Shown piece after piece: positions 1 to 9,160 of a stretch of DNA of 49,265 nucleotides. Source of the DNA: a bacterium (lineage in GTDB: Bacteria; JAJRZV01); the NCBI GenBank assembly GCA_024275095.1, contig JAJRZV010000065.1:1-49265 (forward strand), in the 5' to 3' direction. Within the stretch, counting starts at the first letter, position 1. Each line of letters starts with the position of its first letter. The notes beneath the pieces are model-generated. The model searched no databases. It was not told the DNA's origin and saw only the letters and a list, made by a program, of their open reading frames with translations. A program made the translations under genes and the position numbers.

Positions 1-2
1 AA

Positions 3-1163
3 ATCCAGGCATTCCCGTGGGAAATCAGCGCCGCTGAGGTTGCTGCGTTTCAGGCGGGTCTCTTCCCCAATCCAGAGCTGGAGGTGGAAGTAGAAAACAT
101 CGCAGGGTCCGGCCCTTACCGGGGAATTTCAGGACTGGAGACCACTGTGTCTTTATTCCAAACAATACCCCTGGGAGGAAAACTCTCCAAAGCTCGGCGT
201 GCATTGCTACAGAACAAAAAAGTGCTCCAGTGGGAGCTTGAAATAAAAAAGCAAGAAATTATTTCAGAAGTCTTTACTACCTTCATGCACCTTCTTGCTG
301 CACAGGAAAAAGTTCGGCTCCTTGAAAGCATGAAGGAAGTGGCACATCAGGTGCTTAAAGATGTTGCACGTCGGGTCAGCGCGGGAAAAGTACCTGTTGT
401 AGAAGAAATACGAGCCAGCAATTCGCTCTCCCAGGTGAGCATTCAGTTGAACATCGCGCGTGAGAAACTTCGGGCCGTCCGCAAACACCTCTCTTTCTTG
501 CTGGGATATTCAGAACCCTTCTTCAAGCGTGTAAAAGGAAATCTCGAACAGATACGGAGTATGCCTCCCATTACATGCCTTAAAGAACATCTCTCGGAAA
601 GTCCCGCAATGATAAAAGTACGTGAACAGGTCAAGCTTGCTGAAAAGGTGATTGAACTCGAGGAAGCAAGAAAAATTCCTGATTTGAATATCGGCGGTGG
701 ATACCGCTGGATCAACGAAACAGGAGATGGTGCAGCGGTTGTCACTCTATCAATAGACATTCCTTCGTTTGACCGCAATCAGTGGGCGAGGAAAAGCGCT
801 TATTACAAATTGCGCAGCGCCCGGGAACACCAGCGGAGCGTTTACCTCGCGCTTTATTCAGCTCTTGTCAGCGCATACACGTCCGCTTCATCGGCTCTGA
901 AGGAAATCAATGCATTGAAAAAAGACATTCTGCCACGAGCAAAAGAAATATTTGAGGAAATCCGCAAAGGATACACCAGCGGGAGATTCACCTACCTGGA
1001 CGTCCTGGACGCTCAGAGGACACTCATGGAAGCACATCTGATATATATGGAAGTACTCAGTACATACCACGAAGCCCATGCTGATCTGGAAAAGATTTTC
1101 GGCAAAGAAATCGAGGTTCTCTGTAACAAGGACTCACATTCACAGGAAGGAGGAAAGAAATGA
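3..1163 (+). CDS. czcC: TolC/CzcC-family outer membrane efflux protein (5' truncated by window edge)
   Basis: Frame is open from base 3 (IQAFPWEISAAEVAAFQAGLFPNPELEVEVEN), a typical OEP start. Also carries IPDLNIGGG..LSIDIPSFDRNQ and YTSGRFTYLDVLDAQR. Lies upstream of MFP and RND genes. Confidence 0.88.
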   Translation: MQAFPWEISAAEVAAFQAGLFPNPELEVEVENIAGSGPYRGISGLETTVSLFQTIPLGGKLSKARRALLQNKKVLQWELEIKKQEIISEVFTTFMHLLAAQEKVRLLESMKEVAHQVLKDVARRVSAGKVPVVEEIRASNSLSQVSIQLNIAREKLRAVRKHLSFLLGYSEPFFKRVKGNLEQIRSMPPITCLKEHLSESPAMIKVREQVKLAEKVIELEEARKIPDLNIGGGYRWINETGDGAAVVTLSIDIPSFDRNQWARKSAYYKLRSAREHQRSVYLALYSALVSAYTSASSALKEINALKKDILPRAKEIFEEIRKGYTSGRFTYLDVLDAQRTLMEAHLIYMEVLSTYHEAHADLEKIFGKEIEVLCNKDSHSQEGGKK

Positions 1164-2131
1164 AAAACAAAAAAATTCTTATCCTGGTGTGTGTGTTGCT
1201 GGTGGGGATACTCGGCGCATTTCAGGTACTGCTCACACGACATTACTGCAATGCACTTTCTGAAACCACGACCACCGGTGCATCACCCACCCATCACGAT
1301 GAAGAAGCGGAAATTATCCGTTTAAGTGCACAGGAAAAAGAGGAATTCGGCATCCAGGTGCAACGTGCATCTGAAGGAGAGCTGGACCTTTACGCTGTCA
1401 TGCCTGGAGAAGTGGTTTACAACGCAGACACGGTGGCACATATTGTACCCCGCTATCCAGGAGTAGTACTGGAGGTCAAAAAAAATATTGGTGACCACGT
1501 AAACCGGGGAGAGGTGGTGGCTGTTATTGAAAGTAATGAATCCCTTGTGCCTTATCCTCTAAAGTCTCTCATCAACGGTGTGGTAGTAGAAAAGCATATT
1601 ACACTGGGTGAAGTGCTCACAGAAGATACGGTCGCTTATGTGGTTGCCGACCTCAGCACTGTATGGGTGAACCTTACTCTTTATCAAAAAGACATCCCTT
1701 TCGTAAAAATAGGACAGGATGTAGTCATACATGCCGGTGGTGAACTGACTGCAAAAGGCAAAATTTCCTATATCAGCCCGGTGGTCAATGAAGATACGAG
1801 AACGGGCATTGCCCGGGTGGTCCTTCGCAATTCCCGGGGATTGTGGAAACCTGGAATGTTTGTTACAGCACGTGTTCTGATAGGGAAGACCCGTGTAAAA
1901 GTGCGCGTTCCACTCAGTGCTATCCAGCAGGTGGACGAAGACAACGTTATATTCGTCAAAAAAGAGGAAAACGAGTTTGTACCCCGAAAAGTTCACCTGG
2001 GCAGAAAAGACAGGAAATACGCAGAAATTACAGAAGGTCTCAATCCCGGAGAGGAATACGTAGCTCGAGGAGCTTTTTTCCTCAAATCAGAACTGCTCAA
2101 AGCCTCCTTCACTGGAGGACACGCACATTAA
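1160..2131 (+). CDS. czcB: RND efflux periplasmic adaptor (CzcB/CusB-type membrane fusion protein)
   Basis: N-terminal TM, HHDEE patch, lipoyl-like GDHVNRGEVVA, TRTGIARV..N..GLWKPGMFV, C-terminal GGHAH. ATGA overlap with czcC and SD AGGAGG. Confidence 0.9.
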   Translation: MKNKKILILVCVLLVGILGAFQVLLTRHYCNALSETTTTGASPTHHDEEAEIIRLSAQEKEEFGIQVQRASEGELDLYAVMPGEVVYNADTVAHIVPRYPGVVLEVKKNIGDHVNRGEVVAVIESNESLVPYPLKSLINGVVVEKHITLGEVLTEDTVAYVVADLSTVWVNLTLYQKDIPFVKIGQDVVIHAGGELTAKGKISYISPVVNEDTRTGIARVVLRNSRGLWKPGMFVTARVLIGKTRVKVRVPLSAIQQVDEDNVIFVKKEENEFVPRKVHLGRKDRKYAEITEGLNPGEEYVARGAFFLKSELLKASFTGGHAH

Positions 2132-2146
2132 AAAGGAGGAAGTACA

Positions 2147-5100
2147 ATGATAAAATTTATAGAGTTTTCCTTGCGCAACCGCCTGCTTGTAGTATCCCTG
2201 GCTGTACTAATGTTAGCAGGTGGTTACGCTGTATATAGAAATCTACCCATAGAAGCATTTCCGGACGTTTCTCCTGTGCTCGTACAGGTATTTACTGAAA
2301 CCCACGGGCTCGCACCTGAAGAGGTCGAGAAATACGTCACGTTTCCGGTGGAAGTGGCAATGATGGGACTGCCCAACCTCAAACTCATTCGATCGGTGTC
2401 CAACTTTGGATTATCCGTGGTCAACATTTATTTTGAAGACGGTACGGATATCTACTTTGCCAGGCAGGTGGTCAACGAACGCCTTCAGGAAGCAAGAGAG
2501 CAGATTCCTGAAGGATTTGGTGAACCACAAATGGGCCCTATATCTTCTTCCATGGGGCTGATACTCTTTTATTACTTAAAAGACGAATCAGGGAAATACT
2601 CCCTCGAAGAACTGCGTACAATCCAGGACTGGATCATCAAATACAACCTTCAAAACATTCCCGGCGTAACCGAAGTGTTAAGCATAGGTGGTTACGAAAA
2701 ACAATTCCAGGTAATCGTCAATCCCTTTGCCCTTCTGCGTTACGATCTCACAATAAACGAGGTTATTGAAAAAATCCGCGCCAACAACCTCAACGTGGGA
2801 GCGCAGTTTCTCGTGAAAAACAGAGAAGAATATATTGTCCGTTCAGTAGGACTTGTTAAGGGCACAGAGGACATAGAAAACATTATTCTCAAATCCGTAG
2901 ATGGAGTGCCCGTCTTTCTCAAAGATGTAGCTGAAGTGAAAATCGGCGGCGCCATCAGGCGCGGGATTCAAACAATGAACGGCGGGAAGGAAGTAGTGGC
3001 TGGAATGGTCATCAAACTCTACGGTGAAAATTCCTCTACAGTAATTGAACGTATTGAAAAAAGGCTTGAAGAAATAAATCGCATGTTGCCCGAAGGAGTA
3101 AAAATAGCACCTTATTATGAACAAAAATCTCTTATTGAATCGTGTGTATCCACTGTTACCACCGCACTCGGCCAGGGAATAATATTAGTCATCTTTGTTC
3201 TCATGTTGTTTCTTGGAAGTTTCAGACCCGGGCTGGTTGTCGCCCTTTCCATTCCCTTTTCCATACTTTTTGCAGCTATCTGGATGAGATATTTCGGTAT
3301 CACAGCAAATCTCATGTCCCTGGGAGGGCTTGCCATTGCTATTGGCATGATGGTGGACGGAACGATTGTGATGGTGGAAAACGTGGACCGAATGCTCCGC
3401 TCTGCCGAACCAGGAGACAGCAAACTCCGTATCGTCATGCAAGCATGTAGTGAAGTTGCACGTCCTATTACATTTGCGATTATCATCATCATTGTCGTGT
3501 TCCTTCCGCTGTTTACCTTGAAAGGTGTAGAAGGAAAAATGTTTCGGCCGCTTGCGTACACAGTAGCTCTTGCCATGTTCGGCTCTCTTGTTTTCGCCGT
3601 TTTTATCGCACCTCCACTTGCTTCACTGTTCGTGAAAGTAAAAACCGCTTCCAATAACACGGCTCCAAAAAATCAAGGAACAGGATGGCTTCTCAGAAAA
3701 TACCAGCCTCTTGTTGAATTCTTCGTAACCCACTGGCGTTCGTCAATTGGTTTCGCAATCGCACTTACGATTATTGGAATAATCGTTTTTGGTAGACTGG
3801 GATCCGAATTTACTCCTACGTTGCAGGAAGGCACCATCGTTGTAAGGCTCACTATGGCACCTTCAATCTCTCTCGAAGAAGGAAGTAAGGAAATTGTCAA
3901 AATCGTGGAAAAACGCCTGCTCAAAATTCCAGAGGTAAGTGGTGTAATCACCCGCATCGGTCGTGGAGAAGTCGGTGCTCATACCGATCCTGTCAACAAT
4001 GCTGAAATGTACATCCTGCTCAAGCCCCCACATACATGGGAAAGAGCAAAATCACAGGAAGACATTGAAAGAATTATTCGGCGGGAACTGGGTGAAGTCC
4101 CGGGAGTGCTTATCAACCTCACCCAGCCCATAGAAATGACTGTAGATGAATTGCTTGAAGGAGTCAGGGCTCAGCTTGCCATAAAGATATTCGGAGACGA
4201 CCTCCACGTGCTCGAAAAAAAAGCAGAAGAAATTGCTGCAGTAATAAGAGAAATCCCAGGAGCTGCGGACGTACAGCGAGACCAGGTTTCCGGTACACCT
4301 CAAGTAGTTATATTGCCGGATAGAGAAAAAATCGCTCGATACGGCATTAACATTCAGGATGTACAGGGAACCATAGAAGCTGTAGTGGGCGGCGTGGAGG
4401 CAAGTTACGTATTTGAGGGAGTACGCCGGTTTGCCGTTTACGTACGTTTCGCACCTGAGTTCAGAAACACCTCCGAGGATATCGGTAACATCCTCATCCG
4501 TTCCTCAAGCGGGGTAATGGTACCCTTATCCCAAATTGCAGAAATAAAGGAAGTCACAGGCCCGCGTCAAATTACCCGGGAAAATGGGCAACGATTCATC
4601 ACCGTACAGTGTAATGTCGTGGATCGCGATATCGGTTCATTCGTGAACGAAGCACAGAGAGCCATCCGTGAAAAAGTGGAATTACCATCCGGATACTTCG
4701 TAACCTGGGGAGGCCAGTTTAAGCTTCAGCAAGAAGCAAACCGGAGACTGGCTGTGGTGGTTCCCGTTACCCTGCTCATCGTTTTCATCCTGCTTTATTC
4801 CAGCTTCAACTCCATGAAAAATTCACTTCTCATTCTGCTCAACATTCCACTGGCATTGGTCGGTGGCGTAGTAGCACTCTGGCTCAGCGGTCAAAACCTA
4901 TCAGTACCTGCATCTGTGGGATTCATCGCACTATTTGGCATAGCACTGGAAAACGCGATGGTTCTGGTTACCTATATTAACCAGCTTGTACGTGAAGGAT
5001 TACCACTTAAAGATGCGTGTATAAAAGGAGCGTGCCTCAGATTGCGTCCGGTACTCATGACAGCCCTTACCACCGCTCTTGGGCTTATTCCCCTGCTCTT

Positions 5101-5251
5101 TTCTCACGGGACGGGGAGTGAAATACAGCGTCCCTTAGCTACCGTCGTCATCGGTGGATTACTCACTTCCACCGCTCTGACTCTGCTGGTTATTCCCGCT
5201 CTTTACCGCTGGTTTTCAATAAAACCCGAAATTGAGGCAATACTTGATTAA
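2147..5251 (+). CDS. czcA: CusA/CzcA heavy-metal efflux RND transporter
   Basis: 1034 aa. LPIEAFPDVS, TM4 AIAIGMMVDGTIVMVEN, GKMFRPLA, RLRPVLMTALTTALGLIP, GSEIQRPLATVVIGG. Metal specificity cannot be read from sequence. Confidence 0.95.
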   Translation: MIKFIEFSLRNRLLVVSLAVLMLAGGYAVYRNLPIEAFPDVSPVLVQVFTETHGLAPEEVEKYVTFPVEVAMMGLPNLKLIRSVSNFGLSVVNIYFEDGTDIYFARQVVNERLQEAREQIPEGFGEPQMGPISSSMGLILFYYLKDESGKYSLEELRTIQDWIIKYNLQNIPGVTEVLSIGGYEKQFQVIVNPFALLRYDLTINEVIEKIRANNLNVGAQFLVKNREEYIVRSVGLVKGTEDIENIILKSVDGVPVFLKDVAEVKIGGAIRRGIQTMNGGKEVVAGMVIKLYGENSSTVIERIEKRLEEINRMLPEGVKIAPYYEQKSLIESCVSTVTTALGQGIILVIFVLMLFLGSFRPGLVVALSIPFSILFAAIWMRYFGITANLMSLGGLAIAIGMMVDGTIVMVENVDRMLRSAEPGDSKLRIVMQACSEVARPITFAIIIIIVVFLPLFTLKGVEGKMFRPLAYTVALAMFGSLVFAVFIAPPLASLFVKVKTASNNTAPKNQGTGWLLRKYQPLVEFFVTHWRSSIGFAIALTIIGIIVFGRLGSEFTPTLQEGTIVVRLTMAPSISLEEGSKEIVKIVEKRLLKIPEVSGVITRIGRGEVGAHTDPVNNAEMYILLKPPHTWERAKSQEDIERIIRRELGEVPGVLINLTQPIEMTVDELLEGVRAQLAIKIFGDDLHVLEKKAEEIAAVIREIPGAADVQRDQVSGTPQVVILPDREKIARYGINIQDVQGTIEAVVGGVEASYVFEGVRRFAVYVRFAPEFRNTSEDIGNILIRSSSGVMVPLSQIAEIKEVTGPRQITRENGQRFITVQCNVVDRDIGSFVNEAQRAIREKVELPSGYFVTWGGQFKLQQEANRRLAVVVPVTLLIVFILLYSSFNSMKNSLLILLNIPLALVGGVVALWLSGQNLSVPASVGFIALFGIALENAMVLVTYINQLVREGLPLKDACIKGACLRLRPVLMTALTTALGLIPLLFSHGTGSEIQRPLATVVIGGLLTSTALTLLVIPALYRWFSIKPEIEAILD

Positions 5252-5266
5252 ATGGAGGTGAAAACC

Positions 5267-5608
5267 ATGAAAGAAGTCAAGGCTTATATTAAACCCTACA
5301 AGCTCTCCGCCGTAACACAGGCTCTCAGAAAAATGAAGGGCATCACCGGAGTAACCGTTACAGAAGCCCGGGGGTTTGGAAGGGGAAGAGCAAAAGATGC
5401 GAGAGATAAAATTATTAAGGACTTTATTGACTACGTTCCCTGTGTAAGGGTTGAAGTCATCTGCAAAGACAGTCTTGTAAATGATGTGGTCAATGCCATT
5501 GAAAAAGCAGCCCACACCGGGCTTCGGGGCGACGGTAAAATCTACGTGATTCCTGTTGAAGAGGCAGTACGCATCAGCACAGGGGAAAGGGGAGAAGACG
5601 CTGTGTAA
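5267..5608 (+). CDS. P-II family protein linked to metal efflux (non-canonical T-loop)
   Basis: MKEVKAYIKP, RGFGR, AHTGLRGDGKIYV, VRISTGERG. ATG 5267 preferred over 5252 because it follows SD GGAGGTG. Confidence 0.92.
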   Translation: MKEVKAYIKPYKLSAVTQALRKMKGITGVTVTEARGFGRGRAKDARDKIIKDFIDYVPCVRVEVICKDSLVNDVVNAIEKAAHTGLRGDGKIYVIPVEEAVRISTGERGEDAV

Positions 5609-5855
5609 ACAATTCACTCATCACATCTGAGCCTTAAACTATTGTTCCGACAGCCAAAACTCTGCCTCTACAAATGCGAAGTACATGACACTCCCAGAGC
5701 AAACGACACAAGCATTGTTCCCATTGCCTTGTTTCCACTTTATGAGAGTATCTGACTGCTCATCCTTGATCCCCTGGCATTGAATTCTTCAGGACACTCC
5801 TTGACTGATATGCTTAACTCTTCACCCGTGCCCAATACTTGAAACAGAACAAAAA

Positions 5856-6278
5856 GAGAAATTTATTCATCTGAGACAGGACTTTTTGACGGCACCAAAT
5901 GGTATTTAGGTCTCGTTCGTAATCACCCCACTTTTTTGAATCTGGCGATTAATGCAACTAAAACACTTCCGTGCACCGCAAGCGTTCATCAGATCCGAGT
6001 GATCGTCTGCTCCCGATGGCACGCTACATTCTTCCCGGTCGCGCAGGCGTAACAATCCGTCAGATAGCCGGAACTTTACCTCAAAGAATGCCTGGCCGGA
6101 CATGAAACAGATAGAAAGCAAAAAACAATCATGGAACTTCATGTGGGCGTGACACAGGAATCCGTCGTCTGGGTCTTCCAGTTTTGGAGAACCGGTGAAA
6201 GTGCTTGAGCCTCCTTCACTCCAGCAGGAAATTAAAGAAAAGACCCGGAAAATTTCAGGTTATCACAGCGGTGATTGA
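5856..6278 (+). pseudogene. Frameshifted remnant of a WYL/WCX-domain transcriptional regulator
   Basis: Fragments in shifting + frames: DGTKWYLG (W at 5900), YLKE / WPDMKQIE, IMELHVGVTQESVVWVF, then after a 1-nt shift SFGEPVKVLEPPSLQQEIKEK..stop 6278. The last matches the W-x-x-x-FG-x-x-V-x-VLEP-x-x-L-x-x-x-I ending of WCX domains. 5' boundary approximate. Confidence 0.7.
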
Positions 6279-6347
6279 TCGATTATATTCCCTTGCCATT
6301 TAAGCAAAAATCTCTTCATACCCCGGGCGGCACGACGCTTGAGTATC

Positions 6348-6379
6348 TTGATAATGAACAAAGTTTACTGTATTGTTCA
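6348..6379 (+). promoter_or_regulatory. Putative sigma70 promoter of the antiporter-atp operon, overlapped by an inverted repeat
   Basis: TTGATA(6348)-17 nt-TATTGT(6371). Inverted repeat TGAACAA(6355)-N11-TTGTTCA(6379). Confidence 0.5.
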
Positions 6380-6406
6380 CCTAATTTCTTGTCGAAGGAG
6401 CCCAAA

Positions 6407-7639
6407 TTGGATATTGCACATCTCTTTTTCATTATTGTGGCCATTCTCGTCAGTGCCAAGGTGGGGGGCGAGTTGGCAGAGCGAATCGGCCAGCCCGCTG
6501 TACTCGGAGAGATGATCGCGGGTGTAATTCTCGGCCAGAGCGTTTTGGGCGTGATTCCACCCCACGCAGAAGTGCTTGAAGTACTTGCCGAAATTGGAGT
6601 GTGCATACTCCTTTTCGAAATTGGTCTCGAATCCGACGTTAAAGAACTGCTGCGGGTGGGTGTGGATAGTTTTCTCGTTGCAGTTGTAGGCGTTACCATG
6701 CCGTTTCTCTTCGGGTACCTTGTCATTCATTACTGGGCATATTTCTGGACAATCGGTGAATATTCAGGACACGAGCTCACAGCACTCGCCATCTTCACCG
6801 GGGCCACGCTAACGGCAACTTCGGTGGGAATCACCGCCCGGGTTCTTTCAGACCTCAAAAAACTCAGTACATCCGAAGCAAAAATCATTCTCGGCGCGGC
6901 TGTATTCGACGACATTATAGGGCTTGTCATTCTGGCTGTGGTCAGTGCCATGGTGGTAAAGATTGAAGCCGGGGAAAACGTCGCATCAGTTCTCTCCTTC
7001 TGGTTCATTGCAAAAAGTTTCATTATAGCCATGGGATTTATCGTGGTTGCCGTGGTTCTCGGACTTATTTTTGCGAAACCCCTCTTTGATCTTGTCGAAA
7101 GGATGCGGGTGAGGGGATTTCTCATTGTAACTGCTTTCTCCCTGGCCCTGCTCGTTGGAGCGCTGGCGGATGTGGCGGGTTCTGCCATGATTATAGGGTC
7201 ATTCGCTGCAGGACTGGTTCTGTCCCGAACCAACCAATTCAATGTGATCGAGGACCGTATCAAACCCGTGGCAGATATTCTTACACCTTTCTTCTTCGTA
7301 ATGGTGGGCGCTATGGTTGATGTAAAGATTTTCAATATCTATAATCCCGAAATGCTCGAATACCTTCTCATAGGGTTGGCGCTACTTGTTATTGCCATAA
7401 TAGGAAAAATGATGAGCGGCTTTGGCATTGTTAAGAAAGGAGTTAAAAGATTGCCGGTAGGCGTGGGCATGGTGCCCCGTGGAGAGGTGGGGCTTATTTT
7501 CGCCAGTGTAGGGCTTAAATCGGGGTTGCTGACAGTTCCCATGTACTCATGTGTCACCTTTGTAGTCATGATGAGCACCTTTGTCACACCGCCCGTGCTC
7601 AAGGTGGTATTTGCACGCGTAGGAGGTGAAGGAGAATGA
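6407..7639 (+). CDS. Cation:proton antiporter, CPA2 (NapA/KefB-like)
   Basis: GQPAVLGEMIAGVILG, LLFEIGLES, ATSVGITARVL, ILGAAVFDDIIG (twin Asp), GMVPRGEVGLIFA. TTG start at 6407 follows SD GAAGGAG. Confidence 0.92.
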   Translation: MDIAHLFFIIVAILVSAKVGGELAERIGQPAVLGEMIAGVILGQSVLGVIPPHAEVLEVLAEIGVCILLFEIGLESDVKELLRVGVDSFLVAVVGVTMPFLFGYLVIHYWAYFWTIGEYSGHELTALAIFTGATLTATSVGITARVLSDLKKLSTSEAKIILGAAVFDDIIGLVILAVVSAMVVKIEAGENVASVLSFWFIAKSFIIAMGFIVVAVVLGLIFAKPLFDLVERMRVRGFLIVTAFSLALLVGALADVAGSAMIIGSFAAGLVLSRTNQFNVIEDRIKPVADILTPFFFVMVGAMVDVKIFNIYNPEMLEYLLIGLALLVIAIIGKMMSGFGIVKKGVKRLPVGVGMVPRGEVGLIFASVGLKSGLLTVPMYSCVTFVVMMSTFVTPPVLKVVFARVGGEGE

Positions 7640-8067
7640 TTGTCATTCAATGGCAGTACTTTTTGATTTTTACCATAACATTTGCCATTACGGCATTCTT
7701 TCTGCAAAAGTTTCTCATATCGGACATGTTGAAGGTTTTTCAAAAGCGTGACGCGCTTTCAGAAGGCGTGCTGGAGGAAGCGAAATCTCTTCGAGAAGAA
7801 GCGCTTGCAGTGCTTGCGGAAATAGAAGAGACAATAAACACGGCACGCCGGGAGGCTCAGGAAAAAGCCCGGTCTCTAATAGAAGAAGCCTCGGCACGCG
7901 AGAAAGAAATTATTTCTGTAGCAAGGGAAGAGGTAAAAAAAGAACTGGATAAAATTCGCGAAGAAATCGCCCGCGAGGCGGAAAGGGTCAGAGAACAACT
8001 CATTCAAGAAGTCGAAAGCATGGCACAGCAGGTGGTTGAGAAAATTTTGGAAAGGAAGGTGGCCTGA
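7636..8067 (+). CDS. atpF: ATP synthase F0 subunit b'
   Basis: Single N-terminal TM followed by an E/A/R coiled coil. First of two b-like genes before atpH. Confidence 0.85.
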   Translation: MIVIQWQYFLIFTITFAITAFFLQKFLISDMLKVFQKRDALSEGVLEEAKSLREEALAVLAEIEETINTARREAQEKARSLIEEASAREKEIISVAREEVKKELDKIREEIAREAERVREQLIQEVESMAQQVVEKILERKVA

Positions 8068-8606
8068 TGGCTTGGGACATCATTGCCATTGCTGCTGCAT
8101 TCGGAAGCACCGGCGCAGAAGGATCCTTTTTTTCAATAAACCTGATCTGGTCCGTACTGAATTTTCTCATTTTTATCGCGCTTTTATACTTGCTGACACG
8201 GCGACAGGTGAGAGAGCTTTTCATGACAAGACGCAACCATCTGGCAAAGGCCATAGAGGAAGGACAAAAGCAGAAAGAGGAAGCAGAACGTCTTTACGAG
8301 GAAGCTCTAAGGCGCAAGGAAACCCTTGAGGAAGAGATTAAGTCCATTGTGGATGCGACTTCACGGGATGCTGAAGTAATGGCTCAGCGAATTATCAATA
8401 ATGCTGAAGCTCTTGCAGAGAAAGTGCGCAAGGAGTCTGTCCGTCTTGCCGAGGGAGAGGTCAGCAGGGTCAAGCGCGTTCTTGTAGAGGAAGTTTCACA
8501 CATAGTGGAAAAACGAGCCCGTGAAATACTCCAGGAGCACCTTCGCCCTGAAGACCACGAGCGGCTTGCTTTTAAAGTGATAGAGGAACTGGAGGAAGGG
8601 AAATGA
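8067..8606 (+). CDS. atpF: ATP synthase F0 subunit b
   Basis: WSVLNFLIFIALLY TM followed by a coiled coil. Precedes delta. Confidence 0.88.
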   Translation: MAWDIIAIAAAFGSTGAEGSFFSINLIWSVLNFLIFIALLYLLTRRQVRELFMTRRNHLAKAIEEGQKQKEEAERLYEEALRRKETLEEEIKSIVDATSRDAEVMAQRIINNAEALAEKVRKESVRLAEGEVSRVKRVLVEEVSHIVEKRAREILQEHLRPEDHERLAFKVIEELEEGK

Positions 8607-9145
8607 TTGGCGGTTCTGTAGCACGACGCTATGCAAAAGCACTGGCCATGGTAGCGGGGGAAAAAGGTCTGTGGGATGAACTCATGGAGGACCTTAAAGC
8701 ACTTCTACCGTTCTGGAACACAAAGGACATTATGAATTTTATACATGAGCCGTCTCTTTCCCGGCGTGAGAGAGCCAAGGTTGTTGTGAACATTGCAAAG
8801 GAGATGGGGCTCAACGAAATGATAAAAAACTTTCTTGAGCTTCTTGCTCTTAAAGGACGACTTGAATTCTTTCCCGACATCGTTCGAGAGTTTGAAAAGG
8901 TCTGGGAAGAGGAGCGCAAACGCGTACGCGTGGTGGTACGCACTCCACAAAAACTGAGCGACCGTCTGCGCAGCAGACTTGCTACAGCAGTAAAAAATCG
9001 TACCGGCCGAGAGCCCATCATTATGGAAGTCATCGACGAGGAACTCCTCGGTGGCATTACAGTAGAGATTGAAGGATGCGTGTACGATGGCAGTGCCGCG
9101 TCCATGATCAAAAAGTTTGTGGAATCGCAGGATACGAACATTTAA
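8603..9145 (+). CDS. atpH: ATP synthase F1 subunit delta
   Basis: VARRYAKAL and DEELLGGITVEIEGCVYDGS motifs; position in operon. Confidence 0.95.
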   Translation: MIGGSVARRYAKALAMVAGEKGLWDELMEDLKALLPFWNTKDIMNFIHEPSLSRRERAKVVVNIAKEMGLNEMIKNFLELLALKGRLEFFPDIVREFEKVWEEERKRVRVVVRTPQKLSDRLRSRLATAVKNRTGREPIIMEVIDEELLGGITVEIEGCVYDGSAASMIKKFVESQDTNI

Positions 9146-9160
9146 AAAAGGAGGTTGACC

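Noticed and set aside
5906-6142. 78-aa minus-strand ORF with Cys and HSDLMNA, superficially like a TnpB C-terminus
   Set aside because: No proper Zn-ribbon spacing or RuvC context. The opposite strand is better explained as a WYL remnant.
6275-6406. 44-aa N-terminal extension of the antiporter in the ORF track
   Set aside because: It covers the predicted promoter, and TTG 6407 has a good SD and matches the family start.
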